Source: Gemmatimonadales bacterium (GTDB lineage Bacteria; Gemmatimonadota; Gemmatimonadetes; Gemmatimonadales; GWC2-71-9). Taken from it: a stretch of DNA of 64,000 nucleotides. Made by a program: the position numbers and the translations under genes. This document shows, in pieces, positions 8,670 to 15,830 of this stretch (position 1 is its first letter; each line of letters begins with the position of its first letter). Under the pieces are notes generated by a model that saw only the letters and a list, made by a program, of their open reading frames with translations, did not search any database and was not told the DNA's origin. The stretch covers positions 6,593 through 70,592 of the forward strand of contig DATJJY010000063.1 of the NCBI GenBank assembly GCA_035491895.1, in the 5' to 3' direction.

Positions 8670-9950
8670 TCAGCGACTGGCCGTGATCACCACGACGACG
8701 CGGTCGATCTCTCCCGCGGCTGGGGGCAGCTGCAGCGTCACGCCCGCAGCCGCCTGCTGGTACGGGACCGCTGCGCCACCGTGCAACAGGTGCGCCGACC
8801 GCACCCGCGCGCCCAGCGGTGGGAGCGCCAGCAGTGCATCGGGCCAGTCGAGCACATGGACGAACACGGTGTCGCCGCGTCGCGTCGTGGCACCCCAGGA
8901 GCGTGGACCAACCGGCCCGCGGCGCGTGTCGTAGATCGCCGTGCCGTACGTCCCGAGCCACTCTCCCAGAGAGTCGAGCCGCGCCGCGAACTCGGGGCTG
9001 ATCGTGCCGTCGGGCCGTGGGCCCACGTTCAGGAGGAGGTTGCCGCCGTTCCCCGCCGCGCGCACCAGATAGCCGACGATCGCGCGCACCGGCTTGTAAT
9101 TCGTGTCGGTGATGTTGAAGCCCCAGGAATCGTTCATCGTGAGCGACGTCTCGAGCGGCAGGTTGCCGCTGACATAGCTCGTATTGAACCCGGCGGTGTT
9201 GGCGCCGGGGAGGTCCTGCTCGAACGTCTGGACGTCCTCCCCCGCGCGCGGCCGCTGGTGGTGGTTCGGGATGATCAGCGTCGCCGGCTGCAGCCGGTGA
9301 ATCAGGGCGTAGGTCGAATCGAGCTGCCAGTCGGCAGCGGGCTTGTCCCACATGCCGTCGAACCAGATGCCGCCGACCGCACCGTAGTGCGTGAGCAGCT
9401 CGGTGAGCTGCGCGTTCATGAACTTCAGGTAGCGGCTCCAGTCGCCCGACGCGGGGCGGCCGTTGTCCCACGCCGTGGCACCGCGCGGCCAGTAATCGGC
9501 GTGGTGCCAGTCGAGCTGCGAGTAGTAGAAGAAGAGCTTGATCCCGGCGGCGTGACACGCCTCGGCAAGCTCCGCCATCGGATCCCGCTTGAACGGCGTC
9601 CAGTCGACGATGTTGTACGGCGTCTCCGCCGTCTTGAACATCGAGAAGCCATCGTGGTGGCGCGACGTAATCGTGATGTAGCGGACGCCGGCGCGGCGGG
9701 CGAGCGCCACCCAGGCTTTGGCATCGAACTTCGTCGGATCGAATGTGCTCGCGAGGGCCTCGTAGGCGGGGACGCCGATCTGGCGGTTGTGCATCACCCA
9801 CTCGCCGGCGCCGAGCTCGCTGTAGACGCCCCAGTGGATGAACAGCCCGAACTTCGCATCGGCGAACCACGCCCGCGCAGCGAGTCGCTCGGCAGACACG
9901 GAGTCCGACGTCTGCGCCGTGACCGGGGCGGCGAGCACCAGCGTCGCCAC
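8670..9950 (-). CDS. alpha-L-fucosidase (GH29)
   Basis: GH29 motifs FGLFIHWGVYS, YITITSRHHDGFSMFKT and GGIWFDGMW. The first canonical start is GTG 9950. An in-frame CTG at 9974 would restore a fuller signal peptide (see finding). Confidence 0.9.
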   Translation of the reverse strand: MATLVLAAPVTAQTSDSVSAERLAARAWFADAKFGLFIHWGVYSELGAGEWVMHNRQIGVPAYEALASTFDPTKFDAKAWVALARRAGVRYITITSRHHDGFSMFKTAETPYNIVDWTPFKRDPMAELAEACHAAGIKLFFYYSQLDWHHADYWPRGATAWDNGRPASGDWSRYLKFMNAQLTELLTHYGAVGGIWFDGMWDKPAADWQLDSTYALIHRLQPATLIIPNHHQRPRAGEDVQTFEQDLPGANTAGFNTSYVSGNLPLETSLTMNDSWGFNITDTNYKPVRAIVGYLVRAAGNGGNLLLNVGPRPDGTISPEFAARLDSLGEWLGTYGTAIYDTRRGPVGPRSWGATTRRGDTVFVHVLDWPDALLALPPLGARVRSAHLLHGGAAVPYQQAAAGVTLQLPPAAGEIDRVVVVITASR

Positions 9951-9970
9951 GATCGCGAGTCGTGTCGCGA

Positions 9971-12439
9971 TCAGTGCTGTCGCTCCTCCCGCACTCCACC
10001 CGCGAGCGTCGCGGCCTGATCACGCGCCTTGCCGTCGCCGCCTTCCCAGGGGGGCGGGACCCGCGTCGGCTCGGGCCAGGGAATCTCGGGAAACGTGGTG
10101 GGACCGTAGCGCGGCGTCTCCCCCTTCTGCTTGTGCTTGAGCGCCTTCAGCACCTTCTCGGGTGTGATCGGGACCTCGTCGATGCGCACCCCGACCGCGT
10201 CGTACACGGCGTTCGCCACGGCGGGCATCACGGGGAGCAGCGGGCCCTGGCCGACTTCCTTCGCACCGTACGGGCCGTTGGGATCGGGGTCTTCGATGAT
10301 GTAGGTAATGACGTCGCACATCTCGAGCGTTGTGGGACTCTTGTACTCGAGCAGGCTGGGAAACTTGTGCACCACCTGCCGGTTCTCGCGGTAGGTCATC
10401 TCCTCCATCAGCGCTTCGCCCAAACCCATATAGACGGAGCCCTCGACCTGGCCGATCGCCGTGGCGGCGTTGATGCAGCGCCCCACGTCGTGGGCGATCC
10501 AGATCGTCGGGACGCGGACGATCCCGGTCGCCGGATCGACGTCGACTTCGGCGACGCAGGCGCTGTAGGAGTAGGCGGGCGAGGGGCCGACGCCCGCGCC
10601 GCGGTAGCGGCCGGCGCTCTTGGGCGGCGTGTACGAGCCGACGGTACCCACCGTGCCGACCGCGCTCTCGGCGGCCTGGACCGCTTCGGCGAAGCTCATG
10701 CCGTGCTCGGGACTCTCGACATCGAACACTCTGGAATCGGCGAACACAATACGGGTCATGGGGACGTCGAGCTTGCGGGCGGCGTGCGGGAGGATGATCT
10801 CGCGGGCCCGTTCCGCCGCCTGCAGCGCCGCGTTGCCGCTCATCAGCGTGACGCGCGACGAGTAGCTGCCGAGATCCACGGGTGTGAGATCGGTGTCGGC
10901 GGTCACGATGCGAATGTCGAACGGGTCGACCCCCAGCACCTCGGCGGTGATAAGGCCGAGAATCGAGTCGGAGCCCTGACCGATGTCGGTCGAGCCGCAG
11001 AAGACGGTGATCCCCCCAGACCGGTCGCACTTCAGCTGGACGCCGGAGTGCGGCATGTGATTCCAGTAGATCGGCAGGCCGGCGCCCGACAGATACGACG
11101 AGCAGGCGAGGCCGACCCCTCGGCCACGCGGCAGACGCTTGAACTTCTCTCTCCATCCCGATCCCGCGGTGACCTTGCGGATGCACTCGCCGAGGCCCAT
11201 CGAGCCGACGCGCAGGTAGTTCGCCGTCAGCGAGTCGGGGGGCTGCAGATGCTTGAGGCGTAGCTCCGCCGGATCGATTCCCAGTTCTTCGGCGATCTTG
11301 TCGAGATGGACCTCGAGCGCGAAGCGCGGCTGCGGCGTGCCGTGGCCGCGCTTCGGGCCGCAGGGGGGCTTATTCGTGAAGGCGCGCGCCCCCTGGAATT
11401 TGTAACGCTTGATCGGATAGGTGACGGTTTGCAGCGCACCGGTATAGTACGTGCTCGCCACGCCGTAGGAGCCGTAGCCGCCGCCGTCCAGCAGCGAGCG
11501 GAAGTGCATCGCGGTGATCGCCCCGTCGCGCGTGACTCCCGTCTTCACCGCCATGAGCGTCGGGTGGCGGCCGCGGTGGCAATAGAACACCTCTTCGCGG
11601 GTGAGCGTGATCTTCACGGGCCGGCCGGTGAGCATCGCGAGCTTTGCGACGGCGATCTCGTGGCTGAAGGAATCGCTCTTGCCGCCGAAGCCGCCGCCGT
11701 TGGGGGTAGCGATCACGCGGATCCGCGCCGCCGCCAGCTCGAGCACCTTGGCGAGCGCGCGGTGCACGTAGTGCGGCGTCTGCGTCGAGCTCCAGAGGGT
11801 CACCTTTCCGTCGGCCGACCAGTCGGCCAGGGCAGCGTGCTGCTCCATCGGCAGATGCGTATTGCCCTCGAAGAAGAAGAGGTCCTCGCGGATCACGGCC
11901 GCCTCGGCGAACCCTTCGTCCACGTCGCCGAACTCGAGGTTGATGAGCTTGTGCAGGTTGCCGGTGTCGCCGTAGTCGTGGATGCGCGGCTCGGGGTGCG
12001 CCAGCGCGTCTTCGGCCGATCCGATGGCACGCAGCGGCTCGTAGGTCACGTCGATCAGGTCGAGCGCGGCGGTCGCCGTCTCCTCGGTGGTCGCGGCCAC
12101 CGCGGCGACGGGGTCTCCGATGAAGCGCACGGTATCGACGCACAGCGTGTGCTCGTCCTGGCTCACGGGGAGGATGCCGAAGGGGATCGGGAGATCCTTC
12201 CCCGTCAGCACCGCTTTGACGCCGTGGAGCGCGCTGGCCCGCGATGTGTCGATGGCGACGATGCGGGCGTGGGGATGCGGGCTGCGCAGCAGCTTGGCAT
12301 AGAGCATCCGCGGGAGCATCAGGTCGTCGGCGAACTTCGTGGCGCCGGTGACCTTGGCGACGGCGTCGACTTTGCGGTGCGCTTTGCCGACGACGCGCAG
12401 TGCCGGCTCTGTCGCCCCCTTCTTCTTACCGGCGCCCAT
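9971..12439 (-). CDS. molybdopterin-binding large subunit of xanthine-dehydrogenase-family enzyme (HcrA/CoxL-like)
   Basis: The start is trimmed to ATG 12439 (MGAGKKKGATEPALRVVGKAHRKVDAVAKVTGATKFADD). The longer track ORF (to 12694) is Arg/Ser-rich and overlaps the small-subunit gene. Family motifs: KVTGxxxFxxD, PNGGGFGGKSD and a C-terminal YGAKEVGQGP. Confidence 0.9.
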   Translation of the reverse strand: MGAGKKKGATEPALRVVGKAHRKVDAVAKVTGATKFADDLMLPRMLYAKLLRSPHPHARIVAIDTSRASALHGVKAVLTGKDLPIPFGILPVSQDEHTLCVDTVRFIGDPVAAVAATTEETATAALDLIDVTYEPLRAIGSAEDALAHPEPRIHDYGDTGNLHKLINLEFGDVDEGFAEAAVIREDLFFFEGNTHLPMEQHAALADWSADGKVTLWSSTQTPHYVHRALAKVLELAAARIRVIATPNGGGFGGKSDSFSHEIAVAKLAMLTGRPVKITLTREEVFYCHRGRHPTLMAVKTGVTRDGAITAMHFRSLLDGGGYGSYGVASTYYTGALQTVTYPIKRYKFQGARAFTNKPPCGPKRGHGTPQPRFALEVHLDKIAEELGIDPAELRLKHLQPPDSLTANYLRVGSMGLGECIRKVTAGSGWREKFKRLPRGRGVGLACSSYLSGAGLPIYWNHMPHSGVQLKCDRSGGITVFCGSTDIGQGSDSILGLITAEVLGVDPFDIRIVTADTDLTPVDLGSYSSRVTLMSGNAALQAAERAREIILPHAARKLDVPMTRIVFADSRVFDVESPEHGMSFAEAVQAAESAVGTVGTVGSYTPPKSAGRYRGAGVGPSPAYSYSACVAEVDVDPATGIVRVPTIWIAHDVGRCINAATAIGQVEGSVYMGLGEALMEEMTYRENRQVVHKFPSLLEYKSPTTLEMCDVITYIIEDPDPNGPYGAKEVGQGPLLPVMPAVANAVYDAVGVRIDEVPITPEKVLKALKHKQKGETPRYGPTTFPEIPWPEPTRVPPPWEGGDGKARDQAATLAGGVREERQH

Positions 12440-12971
12440 ACATCGCCTCCCGGCTCGGCTGAGCGTCCTCGCCGAGCAGGCGCGCCGCAGCCAACTCCAC
12501 CGCTTCGTAGATCTTGATGTAGCCGGTGCAGCGACAGAGGTTGCCGGCGAGCGCCTGCTTGATCTCGTCGCGGGACGGTTTGGGGTTGTGCTCGAGCAGG
12601 GCCTGCGCTGCGAGCAGGAACGCGGGCGTGCAATACCCGCACTGCGCGGCCCCCAGATCGGCGAATGCCGTCTGCAAGGGATGCAGCGTGGCACCGGCCA
12701 TGCCCTCGACCGTGCGGACCGAGCGCCCGCCGCACGCCTGGCCCAGTACCAGGCACGAGAGGACCGGCTGGTCGTCGACCAGGACGGTACAGGTGCCGCA
12801 CTCTCCCAGCTCGCAGCCGTGCTTCGTGCCGGTGAGTCCCAGGTCCTCGCGCAGCACCTCGAGCAGCGTCTTGTGCGGGGCGAACGACACCTCGCACGGC
12901 TCGGTGTTCAGCACGAAGGTGATCGCGACCTTCGACTCGGGCATGTCGACTAAGCTAACCTTGCCATTCAT
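12426..12971 (-). CDS. (2Fe-2S)-binding small subunit of molybdenum hydroxylase (HcrC/CoxS-like)
   Basis: Two cluster motifs are present: GCELGECGTCTVLVDDQPVLSC and CGYCTPAF...CRCTGY. It overlaps the large-subunit start by 14 nt. An alternative start is ATG 12944. Confidence 0.9.
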   Translation of the reverse strand: MNGKVSLVDMPESKVAITFVLNTEPCEVSFAPHKTLLEVLREDLGLTGTKHGCELGECGTCTVLVDDQPVLSCLVLGQACGGRSVRTVEGMAGATLHPLQTAFADLGAAQCGYCTPAFLLAAQALLEHNPKPSRDEIKQALAGNLCRCTGYIKIYEAVELAAARLLGEDAQPSREAMYGRR

Positions 12972-13017
12972 CAGACGCAGCGCGAGCTTCCGTGCGACCG
13001 CTCACAGGAACCGCGCA

Positions 13018-14229
13018 GTGTTGTTCCGCTCGACCCTCGTGCTCCTCGCCTGCTCCAGCGCACTCGTCCTGCACGCCTACGCGCAGGGCGCCGCCGCTCC
13101 CGACTATCGTCTCCAGGCGATCCAGATCCTCAAGACCGTGCCGCTCGTGGACGGGCACAACGACATCCCCGACGCGATTCGCGGACGGGGCGGCGTCGAT
13201 TCGGTCGATTTTTCGGCCACCCAGCTCGGTCTCATGACCGATATCCCGAAGCTGCGGGACGGCCACGTGGGCGCGCAGTTCTGGGCCGCGTATGTCCCGG
13301 TCACGACGATGCACGAAGGCGAGCACCCGGCCGTGTACGCGCTCGAGCAAATCGACCTGGTGCGGCGCCTGTGTGCGCGCTACCCCAGGGATCTCGCCAT
13401 GGCGTACACGGCCGCCGACATCGAGCGCCACTTCAAGGCCGGAAAGGTCTCCTGCCTGATCGGGATCGAAGGCGGGCACGCCATCGAGAGCTCGCTTGGC
13501 GCGCTGCGGATGTTCTACGCCCTCGGCACCCGCTACATGACGCTGACGCACTGGGAGACCACCGACTGGGCCGACGCCGCGACCGACACCGCCAAGCACG
13601 GCGGGCTGACGGCGTTCGGGGAGCAGGTGGTGCTCGAGATGAACCGGCTCGGGATGCTGGTCGACCTGTCGCACGTCTCGGACGGGACGATGATGGACGC
13701 GCTGCGCGTCTCCAAGGCGCCGGTGATGTTCTCCCACTCTTCGGCCCGGTCCATCTCGAATCACGTGCGCAACGTCCCCGACTCGATCCTGAAGCTCGTC
13801 ACCGCGAACGGCGGCATCGTGATGGTGAACTTCAACCCCGGCTTCGTGTCCGAGACGGTCCGGCTGTACGAGGACAGCATGGCGGCGCGGAGCAAGACGC
13901 TGCGCGCGGCAGGGGTGGACTCGGCGGCGCTCGCCGATTCCGCCAAACGCTGGGACCGCGATGCCCCCCGCGCCACGCTGCAGCAGGTGGCCGACCACAT
14001 CGAGCACGTGCGCGACGTGGCGGGGATCGATCATGTGGGACTGGGATCGGACTTCGACGGGATTACGAGCGTGCCGACGGGCCTGGAAAACGTGTCGAAG
14101 TTTCCGGATCTCATCGCGGAGCTGCTGAAGCGGGGATGGAAGCCGGAGGACGTAAGAAAAGTGGTTGGACTCAATGCAATTCGAGTGTTGCGGGATGCGG
14201 AGAGGGTAGCTCGTCAGCTCCAGCGCTAG
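13018..14229 (+). CDS. membrane dipeptidase (peptidase M19)
   Basis: M19 motifs VDGHNDIP, TLTHWETTDWAD, VDLSHVSD, FSHSSARS and GLGSDFDG. The start is set at GTG 13018, which gives signal peptide (M)LFRSTLVLLACSSALVLHAYAQG. The track ORF from 12526 runs antisense through the 2Fe-2S gene. ATG 12943 is an alternative start. Confidence 0.85.
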   Translation: MLFRSTLVLLACSSALVLHAYAQGAAAPDYRLQAIQILKTVPLVDGHNDIPDAIRGRGGVDSVDFSATQLGLMTDIPKLRDGHVGAQFWAAYVPVTTMHEGEHPAVYALEQIDLVRRLCARYPRDLAMAYTAADIERHFKAGKVSCLIGIEGGHAIESSLGALRMFYALGTRYMTLTHWETTDWADAATDTAKHGGLTAFGEQVVLEMNRLGMLVDLSHVSDGTMMDALRVSKAPVMFSHSSARSISNHVRNVPDSILKLVTANGGIVMVNFNPGFVSETVRLYEDSMAARSKTLRAAGVDSAALADSAKRWDRDAPRATLQQVADHIEHVRDVAGIDHVGLGSDFDGITSVPTGLENVSKFPDLIAELLKRGWKPEDVRKVVGLNAIRVLRDAERVARQLQR

Positions 14230-14243
14230 TAGTTAGACGTCCC

Positions 14244-14303
14244 GGGAGACGCTCGGCGTCTGCCTCTACGGCTCAGCGGCCCGGCGTCTCCCTAAGCGTC
14301 TCC
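14244..14303. terminator. bidirectional stem-loop region built from GCGTCTCC-type motifs
   Basis: GGGAGACGC (14244-14252) can pair with GCGTCTCCC (14284-14292) or with AGCGTCTCC (14295-14303). There is also a local hairpin AGACGC-TCG-GCGTCT (14247-14261). The region lies between convergent stops at 14229 and 14307. Confidence 0.45.
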
Positions 14304-14306
14304 TCC

Positions 14307-15830
14307 CTAAAACCCGATCTGATATCGCAAACCTACCGACCAGTACCGGTACTTCTCCGCCGTATTCAGGCTCGGTCCCGCGCCCGTCGTTGCTTGCGCG
14401 CTGTTGGTGTACGTCGCTATCAGCGAGATCTCATCAACCGACCTCCAACTGTGACCCACCGAGGCATCGCCGTGCCATTCCGCCTGCGTCGGCAGCCCCG
14501 TTCCCACTTGCTGGACGCCCAGGCCGACGATCGTGCGCATCCACCATCCTGGGCGGCGGAACAGATATACGGCGCGCCCTTCGCCCAATACGAAGCGGTC
14601 CGGGGCGAAGTAGGTGTGGGAGGGACTGGGTGATTCGCGGTACCCCATGATTCGCCCGTAGACGCCGGCACGCAACCCGAAGGCCACTCCCATCATCACC
14701 GCGACGTTGCCGATGAGCCGGCGATTGCCGTCGGAGAGCCAGGCGGCGTCCCATCCGCTCGACACTTCGAAATTGGGGCTCGGCGATGCATCTAGGTCGA
14801 TGCCGATCTCGTTCCAGACGAAACCGCTGTCCACGAGCAGACGGGTTTCGTCGAATGGATAACGGTTGTAGCTCGCCCCAATCGACAAGTATGTCGTGGG
14901 GTGCAGGCCGGCGCCGAGCTGCACGGTGGCAAATGTGCGCGTGGGTCCGACATCCGGATCGAGGGCGCGCACGCCCACGCCGCCCCGCAGCGTGAGCTTC
15001 GGTGGAAAGGCCTTGATCAGCACCCCGTCGAAGCCCCTGCTCCGTGCCAAGATCCGCGGTGCCCCTGCCGAAGCCTGAGATGCGTTCTGTCGCCAGGAGG
15101 CACGAAGCTGGCCCTGCAACGCTGGACGCAGCAATGCGCTCACGCTGCCGGTCAACGCCACGAAGCTGTTGCGCTCGATGTCGTTCGCGGCGTCCGACGT
15201 GACCCTGAACAAAGGCCGCCGCTCCGCCCGCACCTGGGAGAGTAGTTCCCGCGCTTCGCGGTCCGAGGGCGCGAGCTGCCGCGCCCGGGCGACGTACAGC
15301 TCCGCGAGATCCGGCTCCCCTTGCCACTCGAGCGTTTGGCCGAGGCCCACGAGAATCTCGGGGTCGTCGGGGTGGTGCTCGAGCGCCTCGCGCCACATTC
15401 GCTCGGCCCGGTTCAAGTCCCCGGCCCAGGCCACCATCCGGGCGCGGCCCGCGATCGCGTCGGTCCGGGTCGAATCGATCGCCAGCACCGAATCGTACAG
15501 CGCGGCGGCCCACGTGATCTGTCCGCTCCACGACAGCACGCGGGCGTGCGACACCATCTCGTCTGGCTGCAGCGGCTCGATGCGCCGCAACAGGGCGAAG
15601 CGCGCGAGCGAGCGCTTCAGCTTTCCGTCCCAGCTGTCGAGCGTGGCGAGGCGAAACAGGGCGCGCGGATTGAGGGAGTCGAGCGCCAGGGCCGAGTCGT
15701 ACAAGGCACGGGCGGCCCGGAAGTCCCCGCGGTTGAATGCGTCTTCGGCTTCGGGGAGCTGGGCTGCCGCGCGCCGCGGCACGAGCAGCGCGACGCCGAT
15801 GGCCAGCGCGGCGAAGCTGCTCCGTTTCAC
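14307..15830 (-). CDS. outer-membrane TPR + beta-barrel protein (PgaA/BcsC/PelB-like exopolysaccharide export porin candidate)
   Basis: The start is set at GTG 15830 (GTGA overlap with the upstream stop), giving signal peptide (M)KRSSFAALAIGVALLVPRRAAAQ. About 200 aa of TPR-like helices follow (AEDAFNRGDFRAARALYDSALALD...). The final roughly 290 aa have alternating-hydrophobic strand patterns and end YRYWSVGLRYQIGF (terminal aromatic residue). Confidence 0.7.
   Translation of the reverse strand: MKRSSFAALAIGVALLVPRRAAAQLPEAEDAFNRGDFRAARALYDSALALDSLNPRALFRLATLDSWDGKLKRSLARFALLRRIEPLQPDEMVSHARVLSWSGQITWAAALYDSVLAIDSTRTDAIAGRARMVAWAGDLNRAERMWREALEHHPDDPEILVGLGQTLEWQGEPDLAELYVARARQLAPSDREARELLSQVRAERRPLFRVTSDAANDIERNSFVALTGSVSALLRPALQGQLRASWRQNASQASAGAPRILARSRGFDGVLIKAFPPKLTLRGGVGVRALDPDVGPTRTFATVQLGAGLHPTTYLSIGASYNRYPFDETRLLVDSGFVWNEIGIDLDASPSPNFEVSSGWDAAWLSDGNRRLIGNVAVMMGVAFGLRAGVYGRIMGYRESPSPSHTYFAPDRFVLGEGRAVYLFRRPGWWMRTIVGLGVQQVGTGLPTQAEWHGDASVGHSWRSVDEISLIATYTNSAQATTGAGPSLNTAEKYRYWSVGLRYQIGF

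Noticed and set aside
12440-12694. N-terminal extension of the Mo-subunit ORF 9971-12694
   Set aside because: It overlaps the 2Fe-2S subunit gene and is Arg/Ser/Cys-rich. Family homology begins at MGAGKKKG...KVTGATKFADD (ATG 12439).
12526-13017. Upstream part of track ORF 12526-14229 (dipeptidase frame)
   Set aside because: It runs antisense through the 2Fe-2S subunit gene. The signal peptide and M19 homology begin after GTG 13018.
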